From positions 1 to 50,073 of the forward strand of contig BTVJ01000055.1 in NCBI GenBank assembly GCA_045863395.1: DNA of 50,073 nucleotides, written 5' to 3'. Made by a program: the position numbers and the translations under genes. The DNA comes from Myxococcales bacterium (GTDB lineage Bacteria; Myxococcota_A; UBA9042; JABWCM01; BTVJ01). Below the pieces are notes generated by a model that saw nothing but the letters and a program-made list of their open reading frames with translations, was not told where the DNA came from and did no database searches. This document shows, piece by piece, positions 20,001 through 31,100 of the stretch (position 1 is the stretch's first letter; every line of letters begins with the position of its first letter).

Positions 20001-21040
20001 GCCGCCCCCCGGGCCGCCCGCAGGAAGGCGTCGAAGAGCGGGGCCGTGTCGCGCGGGCCCGCGGCCGCCTCCGGGTGGAACTGCACGGAGCAGAGCGGCA
20101 AGGTCCGATGCCGGATGCCCTCGTTGGTGCCGTCGTTCAGGTTGCGGAACCACACCTCCCACCCGTCGGGCAGCGTCGCCTCGTCCACCGCGTAGCCGTG
20201 GTTCTGGCTGGTCACGAAGGCGCGCCCGGTCCCGACCTCTTGCACCGGCTGGTTCATGGAGCGGTGGCCGTACTTGAGCTTGTACGTGGACGCGCCAGCC
20301 GCCAGCGCCAGGAGCTGGTGGCCGAGGCAGATGCCGAACACGGGAACTGTTCCTCCCAGCAGGTGCCGCCGGATGCGCTCGACCAGCGGCATGAGGTCGG
20401 TCGGATCCCCCGGCCCGTTGGTCAGCAGCACGCCGCGGGCGCGCCCCAGCTCGTCCTCCCACGGCCCGTCGAAGGGGTAGCGCGTCACGGCCGCCCCGCG
20501 CTCCAGCAGGCACCGGACGATGCTCTCCTTGGCGCCCGTGTCGATGACCAGGACGGGCACGTCCCCCCCATGACGCTCCACCCGCCGTGGCACGACCTGG
20601 GACACCACGGTCCGCATGTCCACCTCGGCGGGCGCCTCTCCATCTGCAAGCGGCGCGAGCACCCCGCCGATGGTCCCGTGCTCCCGCAGGTGCTGTGTCA
20701 GGGATCGCGTGTCCACGCCGTCCATCGCGGGCACGCCGCTGTCGCGCAGCCAGTCTCCAAGACCCCGGACCGCCAGGTGGTGGCTCGGCTCCGCGGAGTG
20801 GCGCGTGACGACCAGACCCGACACCTGGATGCGGTCGGACTCGTAGCCCCCGTGCGGCACCCCGTAGTTGCCCGCGAGGGGGTAGGTCATCACCAGGATC
20901 TGCCCGCGGTAGGAGGGGTCGGTCAGCGTCTCGACGTAGCCGGTCATGCCGGTGTTGAAGACCACCTCGCCCCGCACGGCGCGCAGGGCCCCGAAGGGGC
21001 GGCCCGCGATCACCAGTCCGTCGGCGAGGGTCAGCTTCAT
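19997..21040 (-). CDS. carA: Carbamoyl-phosphate synthase small subunit
   Basis: GEVVFNTGMTGY..TDPSY, NGPGDP, GICLGHQ, SQNHGY, VQFHPEA. Confidence 0.97.
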   Translation of the reverse strand: MKLTLADGLVIAGRPFGALRAVRGEVVFNTGMTGYVETLTDPSYRGQILVMTYPLAGNYGVPHGGYESDRIQVSGLVVTRHSAEPSHHLAVRGLGDWLRDSGVPAMDGVDTRSLTQHLREHGTIGGVLAPLADGEAPAEVDMRTVVSQVVPRRVERHGGDVPVLVIDTGAKESIVRCLLERGAAVTRYPFDGPWEDELGRARGVLLTNGPGDPTDLMPLVERIRRHLLGGTVPVFGICLGHQLLALAAGASTYKLKYGHRSMNQPVQEVGTGRAFVTSQNHGYAVDEATLPDGWEVWFRNLNDGTNEGIRHRTLPLCSVQFHPEAAAGPRDTAPLFDAFLRAARGAA

Positions 21041-21200
21041 CGGTCCTGCGGGTGAGCGACGGGCGGACAGTCCGGCCGACGGGCGCCGGAGTACCATCGA
21101 CGCGCCTGTCGGGTCAAGGCACAGGTGTCATGCTGAGGGGTTACAACGGCACGAGCAGCTCGACCTGCGCCCCCGACGCCGACCCTCACCGCAGCAGGGA

Positions 21201-21251
21201 TTGACCCCGGCGCTGCCACGTTCTACGTTTCGTGTTGGTCAACCATGACCA
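21201..21251 (+). promoter_or_regulatory. TA operon promoter and palindromic operator
   Basis: TTGACC (21201-21206)-N17-TACGTT (21224-21229); TGGTCA-ACCA-TGACCA (21236-21251) just before the RBS. Confidence 0.6.
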
Positions 21252-21262
21252 GGAGGGCTGGG

Positions 21263-21502
21263 ATGGCGAGCACGATCTTCAACCTCTACGACGCCAAGAC
21301 CCACCTCTCCAGCCTGGTGGAGCGCGCTGCCGCCGGCGAAGAGATCGTGATCGCCAAGGCTGGGAGGCCCGTGGCGCGCCTGGTCGCGCTGCCAGCGGTG
21401 AGGCGCCGGGAGCCCGGCGGCTGGGAGGGGCTGCGCGTCCCGGACGACTTCGACGCACCGCTCCCAGACGACGTGCTCGATACGTTCGAGGGGGGTCGAT
21501 GA
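21263..21502 (+). CDS. Phd/YefM-family antitoxin
   Basis: NLYDAKTHLSSLVERAAAGEEIVIAKAGRPVARLV..DDFDAPLP. Confidence 0.95.
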   Translation: MASTIFNLYDAKTHLSSLVERAAAGEEIVIAKAGRPVARLVALPAVRRREPGGWEGLRVPDDFDAPLPDDVLDTFEGGR

Positions 21503-21882
21503 CCTGGCCACGCCTGCTGCTCGACACCCACGTATTCCTCTGGTGGCGTGCCAACGACCCACGCCTTGGCGCCGAGGGGCGACGGGCCATTGCAGAGGCC
21601 GGCGAGGTCGTGGTCAGCGCTGCGTCTGCGTGGGAGGTGGCCATCAAGGTCACCTTGGGCAAGCTGGAGCTCCCCGGCCCATTCGAAGGTGGGGTGGATG
21701 ACAGCGGCTTCGGGAAGCTGCCCGTAACGTTCGCCCATGCCGAGCGGGTGAAGGCGCTTCCGCACCACCACCGCGACCCCTTTGATCGCATGCTCGTTGC
21801 GCAGGCTCTCGAGGAGGGCCTCCTCCTCGTCACCCATGATCGGCAGTTCGACCCCTACCGCGTCCCGACCCTCCGGGTCTGA
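21499..21882 (+). CDS. vapC: PIN-domain (VapC-like) toxin
   Basis: [40 protein letters not shown] overlap with the antitoxin. Confidence 0.93.
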   Translation: MTWPRLLLDTHVFLWWRANDPRLGAEGRRAIAEAGEVVVSAASAWEVAIKVTLGKLELPGPFEGGVDDSGFGKLPVTFAHAERVKALPHHHRDPFDRMLVAQALEEGLLLVTHDRQFDPYRVPTLRV

Positions 21883-21889
21883 CCCTCGT

Positions 21890-23396
<1,507 letters not shown>

Positions 23397-23400
23397 CGCC

Positions 23401-24942
23401 ATGAGTGACCTCTCCCGGGGCCTGCTGGTCATCGACTTCGGCTCGCAGACCACCATGCTCATCGCGCGGCGCATCCGCGAGCTGGGCGTCTACAGCGAGA
23501 TCTGGCCGTGCACGGACCCGCGGCTGTCGCAGGCGCCCGACGCCCTCGGGTACATCCTGTCCGGGGGGCCGGCCAGCGTGGGAGGGGAGGGCGCCCCGCG
23601 ACTGGCCAGCCAGCTCCTGGACGCGGGCCGCCCGGTCCTGGGCATCTGCTACGGCATGCAGCTCATCGGCGCGCACTTCGGGGCCACGGTCGGCGCGGCC
23701 CCGGTCCGCGAGTTCGGGCGCACCATGGTGCATCGCATCGGCTCGTCAGCGCTGCTCACGGACCTGCCCGCCGAGTCCGTGGTGTGGATGAGCCACGGCG
23801 ACGCCGTCTCCGATCTGCCGCCCACCCTCCGCCCCACCGCCCGCAGCGCCGAGGGCACCCTCGCCGCGCTCGAGGTCGACGGGCGCCCCATCTTCGCCGT
23901 CCAGTTCCACCCGGAGGTCACGCACACGGCCTGGGGCGCGCAGATCCTGCGCCGCTTCGCCTTCGACGCCTGCGGCGCCCAGGGCGACTGGTCCATGGAG
24001 GACCTCGCCGAGCGCAAGGTGGCGGAGCTCCGCGCCAAGGTCGGAGACTCGAAGGTCATCCTCGGGCTCTCGGGTGGCGTCGATTCGACCGTGGTCGCGG
24101 CGCTGCTCTCCCGGGCGGTCCACCGCCACACGGTCTGCATCCTGGTAGACAACGGCCTCATGCGCCACGAGGAGGCGGCCCAGGTGGCGGCCCTGTTCCG
24201 CAGCCGCTTCGACGTGGAGCTGCGCGTGGTGGACGCCACCGCCGAGTTTCTCGCCGCCCTCGCCGGAGTCACGGACCCGGAGCAGAAGCGCAAGGCCATC
24301 GGCAAGACCTTCATCGACGTGTTCGAGGCGGCCGCCAAGGATGTGCCCGGCGTGGAGTGGCTCGCCCAGGGCACGCTCTACCCCGACGTCATCGAGTCGG
24401 TGAGCGCCAAGGGGCCAGCCGCGGTCATCAAGAGCCACCACAACGTGGGCGGCCTCCCGGAGCGCCTGCCCTTCAAGCTCATCGAGCCCCTGCGCGAGCT
24501 GTTCAAGGACGAGGTGCGGGCGCTGGGGCGAGCCCTCGGAGTGCCCGAGGAGATCCTCGGCCGCCACCCCTTCCCGGGCCCGGGCCTGGCCGTGCGCATC
24601 CTCGGGGAGGTGACGCCCGAGCGCCTGCGCATCGTCCGCGAGGCGGACCGCATCTTCATCGACACGCTGCGGGAGGACGGCCTCTACGACCGGGCCTGGC
24701 AGGCCTTCGCGGCCCTGCTGCCCGTGCGCACGGTCGGCGTCATGGGCGACGCGCGCACCTATGACCAGGTGATCGCGCTGCGCGCCGTGACCAGCACCGA
24801 CGGCATGACCGCGGACCGGGCCGAGCTGCCCTTCGCCTTCCTCGGCAGGGTGGCGGATCGCATCGTGAACACCGTGCGCGGAGTCAACCGGGTGGTCTAC
24901 GACCTGACGAGCAAGCCGCCGGGCACCATCGAGTGGGAGTAG
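23401..24942 (+). CDS. guaA: GMP synthase (glutamine-hydrolysing)
   Basis: DFGSQ, GICYGMQ, QFHPEV, SGGVDS, IKSHHNVGG, KPPGTIEWE. Confidence 0.98.
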   Translation: MSDLSRGLLVIDFGSQTTMLIARRIRELGVYSEIWPCTDPRLSQAPDALGYILSGGPASVGGEGAPRLASQLLDAGRPVLGICYGMQLIGAHFGATVGAAPVREFGRTMVHRIGSSALLTDLPAESVVWMSHGDAVSDLPPTLRPTARSAEGTLAALEVDGRPIFAVQFHPEVTHTAWGAQILRRFAFDACGAQGDWSMEDLAERKVAELRAKVGDSKVILGLSGGVDSTVVAALLSRAVHRHTVCILVDNGLMRHEEAAQVAALFRSRFDVELRVVDATAEFLAALAGVTDPEQKRKAIGKTFIDVFEAAAKDVPGVEWLAQGTLYPDVIESVSAKGPAAVIKSHHNVGGLPERLPFKLIEPLRELFKDEVRALGRALGVPEEILGRHPFPGPGLAVRILGEVTPERLRIVREADRIFIDTLREDGLYDRAWQAFAALLPVRTVGVMGDARTYDQVIALRAVTSTDGMTADRAELPFAFLGRVADRIVNTVRGVNRVVYDLTSKPPGTIEWE

Positions 24943-25048
24943 GGTCCGCGAGGGGGACGAAATTTGTTCCTGCGAGCGGGAAACCTTCCGGCGCGTCGCA
25001 CGTCTGCTCTTCATTCGCGACCCTCGTGCCACCCGACCGGAAGGATCC

Positions 25049-27154
25049 ATGAAGCCCACTCGACGCGCGCGCTTCTTCGCATCCCTGCTCGGCGTTGCCG
25101 TGCTCATCGCCATGGTGGTCGCCCTCGCGCGGCCCTCGGCGGTGCGACAGGACGACGCCTGGGTCCCCGAGTCCCCGGACGCCCCGGAGCCGGCCTCGTC
25201 GCTGCGCCCCCTCCAGCCCATCCCCCGGGTCCATGCCGGCGCCCTGCGGGCGGTCCTCGCCGCTCCGCCGGTCCTCGAAGCGCCCGAGGTCCTCGACGGG
25301 CCGCTCCAGCTCCTCCCGCCCGACACGGTCGCCGTCCTCGCCGTGCCCTCCTGGTCGACGCTGGTCGAGAAGGTGGGCCTCCGCGACCTGCTGGCGGCGC
25401 ACCAGTGGCGCTTGTCGGAGATGGACGAGAAGCTGGGACAGGCGGGGCTCTCCCTCTACGACCTGCTGGACCCGTCGTCTCTCGGCATCGACCCCACTGG
25501 CAGCCTGGTCCTCGCGTGGCTGGACACCCGCGCCACGGTGATGGTCATCGGCGCGCGCCTGCAGGACCCGGCCGCCTTCGAGAGCACCCTGGCCGTGCTG
25601 CTCGGGGCGGGGCCAAGGGGCGACGAGGGCGACGGGGTGGACGGCGTGGACGGGGTCGAAGGCTCCGACAGCGCAGGTGGCCCTGGGGGTCGCGGCTTCC
25701 GCACCGAGGAGATGGGCGAGGCCCTGGTCACAATCCAGGAGGGCGACAGCCCCGAGTTCGCGTTCGTGCGGCGCGGCGGCATGGTCTACCTGCTGGGCCG
25801 CGAGGGCTGGAACGCAGACCTGGAGACCGCCGCTGCTCAGCTCGCCTGGCAGGATCCCGAGCAGGGCCTCCCCACCACCGACGCCTGGCTCCGCAGCATG
25901 GCCCAGGTGCGGGGGCGCGACGGGTTCGCCTTCGTGAACCTGCCCGCCATCACGGGGCAGGCCCGCCTGTCCTTGGAGGAGTCGCAGACGCGATCAGAGG
26001 ACTGGCCCGACGGCGAGGAGCCCGAGTGGGCGGTCCAGGTCCGGGAGCGGGAGCAGGCGGTCTCGAACCTGGCGGAGGGGGTCCTCGGCAGCTTCGGTGG
26101 CCTGGCGGCGGGCTTCGAGCTGGCCGGCGGTCGCGTCGAGATGGACGCCCGGGTGGACCTCGGGGCAGAGACGCTCCTCGGCAGCTTCCTGCGCAACCGC
26201 GGGACCCACTCCCACCTCCAGCGGGCCCTGGAGCAGCAGCCTGTGTTCCTGATGGACGGCGCGGTGGATCCGGCGGCGCTCCGCCAGCTCGTGGGCCTGT
26301 TCTTCGGGATCGCCGGCCAGGACTTCGAGCAGGCCATGACCATCGCCGGCCCCGCCATGGGCTTCGACGGAGACCCCTTCGCGCAGCTCAGCGGCGAGCT
26401 GGGCGTGGCGGTCATGGCGCCGAACGACGAGGACCCCGCTTGGGGCGTGACGGTCGTGCTCGGCATCGTGGACACGGAGGCCGCCGACGAGGCAGTGCGG
26501 CGCCTGGGCGTGCTGGGGCAGATGACCGGCATGGTCACCTACGACGAGGGCATGGAGGCGCTGCGCGTCGAGGTCCCGGCCTGGCGCTCCCTGACGGTCG
26601 GGCGCGCGGACAAGGCGCTGGTGGCGACGAGCGATCTGCGCGTGCTGGAGCGGCTCCGGGGCGGGTACTCGACCTCGCCGTCCTCGTGGGGCGCCCGCCC
26701 GGAGGTGAGCGCGCTCGCCGGCTCCCTCGGGGACGCGGGGGTGATCCTGTGGGACTTCAAGGGGATCAAGCCCAGCCTGGAGGAGGGCAACCACGTCTAC
26801 ACCCCCACCGTCTCAGAAGGCCAGACCGAGAGTCAGCGGGCGCTCGACGACATCGCCCGCCGGATGCGTGAGGAGCAGGAGCAGACCCGCGAGGTCATCG
26901 CGACCAACCAGAGTCAGTTGTTGGATCTCCTCGGCACGCTGGTGGCGACCGCCCGCGCCGAGGGTCCCTCCCTCTCGATTCGCGGCGCCTGGGTCTACGG
27001 GGCGGCCAACGCCCGGGAGCTTGGGACGCGCCTCGCTGGCCACGCCGCGGCCATCAGCGACGCCGAGGAGCTCCGCGAGAAGGCCATGGCACCCCTCTAC
27101 GAGGAGCAGCGCGTCCTCCTCGACAAGCACTACCGGGAGACGGGGCCGTACTGA
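25049..27154 (+). CDS. Hypothetical N-anchored exported protein (possibly DUF3352-like)
   Basis: N-terminal TM segment (FFASLLGVAVLIAMVVALA); LLPPDTVAVL and LSGELGVAV segments; family call tentative. Confidence 0.65.
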   Translation: MKPTRRARFFASLLGVAVLIAMVVALARPSAVRQDDAWVPESPDAPEPASSLRPLQPIPRVHAGALRAVLAAPPVLEAPEVLDGPLQLLPPDTVAVLAVPSWSTLVEKVGLRDLLAAHQWRLSEMDEKLGQAGLSLYDLLDPSSLGIDPTGSLVLAWLDTRATVMVIGARLQDPAAFESTLAVLLGAGPRGDEGDGVDGVDGVEGSDSAGGPGGRGFRTEEMGEALVTIQEGDSPEFAFVRRGGMVYLLGREGWNADLETAAAQLAWQDPEQGLPTTDAWLRSMAQVRGRDGFAFVNLPAITGQARLSLEESQTRSEDWPDGEEPEWAVQVREREQAVSNLAEGVLGSFGGLAAGFELAGGRVEMDARVDLGAETLLGSFLRNRGTHSHLQRALEQQPVFLMDGAVDPAALRQLVGLFFGIAGQDFEQAMTIAGPAMGFDGDPFAQLSGELGVAVMAPNDEDPAWGVTVVLGIVDTEAADEAVRRLGVLGQMTGMVTYDEGMEALRVEVPAWRSLTVGRADKALVATSDLRVLERLRGGYSTSPSSWGARPEVSALAGSLGDAGVILWDFKGIKPSLEEGNHVYTPTVSEGQTESQRALDDIARRMREEQEQTREVIATNQSQLLDLLGTLVATARAEGPSLSIRGAWVYGAANARELGTRLAGHAAAISDAEELREKAMAPLYEEQRVLLDKHYRETGPY

Positions 27155-27173
27155 CCGGCGGCTCGGACTGCTG

Positions 27174-28163
27174 CTATAGATGCTGGACCGTGGTCGCGTC
27201 GCAGAGCGCAGACTCCATGGCTGCGGGGAGGCGTGGGTCCAGCACCAGCCGCTCCTGCTCCAGCCAGAGACCCCGTGCCGCCAGGTCACGCACCAGGTCC
27301 GGGGCGTCGCTGAGGTCGAGGTCCGGGGGCCAGTCGCGGGGGCGGGCGTCGGGGAGGTGCTCGCGCCAGAACGGGGGGACCAGCCAGCGCAGGGCGGGGT
27401 GGTGCTCCCGCAGGTGGCGGACGATACGGATGCCGTTCGGGTCCAGGTCGCCGAAGTGCAGGGTGGGGGCCTTCACCAGGGAGAGGAGGCGCCGGGCCGT
27501 CGCCGTGTTCCAGCCGGGGACGTGGACCAGCATGAAGCCGGGCGGGCGCGGCATGTCGCGCCACGCGCCCAAATTCTCGACGGTGACGACGGCCCGGAGC
27601 GGGCCCTCCAGGGTCAGGCCGTCGCGCAAGGCGCGGTCGGAGATGACCACCTCGTCGAGGATGGCCGCCACAGTGTCGAGCGCGAGGGTGCGTTGCCCCC
27701 GTCGGGCGATGACGCCCTCGGCGGGGCGGATGCGGAGCGCGCCGTCGTCGACAATCTCACGAGAGCCGAGGGTGCCGAGGCGCGCGGCGGTCAGAGTCGC
27801 CTTGGCGCCCGGTGCGGTGGCTGCGGCCGCCGTCCTGCGGTTGAGGCGGGCAGGCAGGGCGGGCAGGGAGGCGGACCGCCGGGCGTCCTCAAGGGTTGCC
27901 CAGCCCGCCGGGGTGGGCGCGACGCCAGCCTCCAACATCTCAACGTGGTCTGCACCCCAGGTCGGCCAGACCCGGTCGAGCAGGGCGACCAGGTCCGCGC
28001 GGCGCTCGGTGACGAGGGTGACCTCGTCTCTCCGGCCGGACGCTCGCGTCCACGACAGCTCCGCGAGCCAGTCGAAGGCGCCTCGTTGAGAGTCGCGCCG
28101 CTTCAGCGTGCCCCGGGTCAGCAGCTCCAGGAGCGCCAGTCGGTCCTCAGGGCGCTCCCACAA
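27174..28163 (-). CDS. Wadjet JetD/MksG-like TOPRIM nuclease (DUF2220-like)
   Basis: VVTVENLGAW (catalytic Glu), HVPGWN, LHFGDLDPNGIRI (DxD), WLEQE; TTG start overlaps the mukB 3' end by 17 bp. Confidence 0.8.
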   Translation of the reverse strand: MWERPEDRLALLELLTRGTLKRRDSQRGAFDWLAELSWTRASGRRDEVTLVTERRADLVALLDRVWPTWGADHVEMLEAGVAPTPAGWATLEDARRSASLPALPARLNRRTAAAATAPGAKATLTAARLGTLGSREIVDDGALRIRPAEGVIARRGQRTLALDTVAAILDEVVISDRALRDGLTLEGPLRAVVTVENLGAWRDMPRPPGFMLVHVPGWNTATARRLLSLVKAPTLHFGDLDPNGIRIVRHLREHHPALRWLVPPFWREHLPDARPRDWPPDLDLSDAPDLVRDLAARGLWLEQERLVLDPRLPAAMESALCDATTVQHL

Positions 28164-31100
28164 GCTCCGCCTCCGTGACGACCCGGCGGCCGCTGACCCT
28201 GACCTCCTCGCGGCCGCCCTCGCCGCGGGTGCGCACCAGGCGGAACACCGTGCAGCCCTCGGCGCGGGCCACCTCCGGAGAGGCGACGAGGAGCTGGAGG
28301 TCGAGGCTGCGGCAGAGATCGAAGAGGGTGCCGAGGTTGGCCTGGTCGAGGCGGTTCGCCTCGTCGAGGAACAGGAAGCGCAGGCTGCCGAGCGTGCGCT
28401 TGCCCCGCAGCAGCGTGGCGTCGCGCTCCCACTCGGTGAGCACCACCATCATGAGGGCGGCGCCGACGCCGATGGCCTCGCCGGTGGACAGGCGCGTCGG
28501 GTTGGCCTCCTCCCAGTCCGCTGAGCCCTGGCGCAGCACCTCCACGTGGAGGCGGATGTACTCGCGGTAGTCCAGCAGGCGCTGGCCGCCCGTGCGGCCG
28601 CCGCCGTAGCGCTTGAAGATGGCCTCCAGCGCGTCCTCGACGGGGACGTCCGCCTGGAAGAGGAGCCCCTGCGCCTCGCCCGACCGCAGCGCGCGGAGCA
28701 CCTGCTCCATCTCGGCGACGCGCTGCATGCGGACGCGGATGCCGCGGACGCTCCCGAAGCGGACGCCCCCCAGGTGGTCGCTGAGGCGGCGCACGCGGCC
28801 CTGCGCCTTCCTGATCTGTACGTCGATGCCGCGGGCGACGTCCTCGCTGGTGCCGCGCAGGTCGCGCTCCTGGCGGTCGAGCCGCTCCACGAGGCCCACG
28901 AGGTGGTCCCGGAAGCGCGCCAGGGCCAACAAGGGCTCTGCCACGTCGGCGATCTGCGCCGGGAGGCGCGAGCGCAGCCAGTCGCGGACCAGCAGCCACG
29001 CGCAGAGATAGCCCTCGCCGGTCTGGCCCGCGTCGAGGCACTTGCGCACCTCCGCGAGGAGGGCCGGGCCGCCATGTGCTGCCTCCAGGCGAACGACGAG
29101 CACGTCGCGGCGCCCGAGGGCGGCGGCAAAGAGGCTGACGCTGCTCCCCTCGAGCACGGGCGGTGCGGCCTGGAGCAGCCCCGCCGCCTCCACCTGGGGG
29201 CGAAGCCGGTCCCAGGCGTCCAGGGCCGGGCGCGCCTGCCTGCGCTCGTCCTCCTCCGTGGTGCGGGCGCTGGCCGCGTCCCGCTCTGCCGCTTCTCGCG
29301 CGGACTCGCACCGGCCGACCTCGTGCTGGAGGCGACCCACCGTGGCCTCCGCAGCGGTGAGGGCGGCTCGGGAGGCCGCCTCGGCCGCCTGCGCCTCCGC
29401 CAGCAGCTCGCCGGTGGGGTCCACGCCCGACTCGGCCAACCGCTGGCGGGCCTCGTCGTGGCTGGCGCTGGCGTTCGCGTGCCTCGCGTCCGCCTCGATG
29501 GAGGCCCCCGTCGCGGCGTCCCGTGCGCTGCGAGCCGCCCTCTCTGCGCTCTGGGCCCGGTCGAAGCGCTCCTTCGCGGCGTCGAGCTGCTCCTTGAGCG
29601 CGGGGACGAGGTCCTGGCTCTCCTCCAGGCGGGCCGCCGCGTCCGTCCAGCGGAGCTCTTCGCGGTGGGCCGCCACGTAGCGAAGCGCTTCGGCGGCCTC
29701 GCCGAGCGCGTCCCGGCGGGCGTCGAGGGCCGCGCGGCGGGTCGTGGCCTCCGTCACGTCGGCGTCGGACCAGGGGGGGTGGCGCAGCGCCTCCAGGTGG
29801 CGCTCCAGGGTCGCCGGCGCGTCGCCAGCGCGGGCCAGCTCCCGCGCGGCGTGCTCCGCGGCCACCATCGCCTCGCGGAGCGCGAGGGCCCGCGCCTCCA
29901 GGTCCGGCGGGTCGAGCAGCGCCGCGTCCGGGAGCAGCTCTCGCAGCGCCCGGTGTCTTGGACGCAGGGCGGCCGCCTCGGCCTGTGCCTGTGCGAGATC
30001 CACCTGCGCAGCCCGCCCCGCCGCCTCGGCTGCTCTCGCGGCCCTCCGGGCGCCCTCCACGTCCGGAGCGCCGGCCAGCCACAAGGCCGCTCCCTCGAGG
30101 AGCGCGTCCCCTTCCCGCAGCAGGGCCGCTGCGCTTCGCTCCGCCTCGCGCGCCTCCTCGATCTCTCCCGCCAGGGCGTCCGCCTCGGTCCGCAGCTCTG
30201 CGGCGCGGCGCTCCCGGGCGGCTCGCCCCAGGGTCGGGCGTTCAGGAACGCGCGTGATCCGCCGGGCGTCGCCCTCGTCCACGACCACGTCGCGGCCGGA
30301 GCGCCCGGTCTCCCGCGCCTCCGGGAGCGCCGCGTCCTCGGCCACCAGCCACACCGTGGGGAGGGAGGCGGCGCGCCCGGCGGCTCGGGTGGTGGCCGCG
30401 TCCAGGTCCGGAACGATCAGTGCATGCGCCAGGGGGCCGAGCAGCGCCTCCAGCTCCGCCGCCTCGTCGCCGGCCTCGTCGAAGTGGACGGCCAGCAGCT
30501 CGGCGGTCAGCTCGTCGCGCAGCGCGAGGAGCTCCGGAGGCCACGTGCCGCCGCTCAGCAGCGCCCGGGACTCGGTGAGCAGCGACTCGCGGCGGGCCGT
30601 CAGGGAGGCAGAGAGCGCTCGCGCTGTGGTCAGGCGCTCCACCAGGGCCGCGCGCGCCGCGTCGAGGGAGGGGCGGTCCACGACCGGCGCCCCCGCACCG
30701 CTGAGCAGGGCCGCCCGGGCCGCCAGGTCTCGATGAGCCGCCGCTCGAGCCTCCAGGGTATGGATCTCGACATGCCTGGTTTCCAGCATGCGGGTCGCCT
30801 CCACATGGGCCGCTGCGGCGGACCGGGCGCGCTCCTCCGCGGCCCCGAGGGCCGCCTCCACGGCCCCGAGGGCCGCCCCGAGCGCGTCGCGGCTGGCCTC
30901 CCCGGGGATCAGGCCCAGGGCGCGCTCCCGGACCCGGGCCTGCCGGCGCGCCTCCGCCTCCGCCGCGCGCAGCTCCTCCCGGAGCGCGGGTCGCCCCGCC
31001 AGCTCACGCCACGCCCGCACCTCGGCCAGCGCGGCGCGGGCCGCGTGCAGCGGTTCCACAGGGCGCGCGGCGGCTCCCTGAGCGTTCCCCGCGATGGCCG

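Noticed and set aside
24910..24990. guaA 3' end as an island attachment site
   Set aside because: A known integration hotspot, but no integrase or duplicated guaA end was seen; the short AT-rich dyad near 24955-24970 is too weak to call.
25620..25690. 9-bp repeats encoding DGVDGVDGV
   Set aside because: Short in-frame low-complexity loop with no sign of further function.
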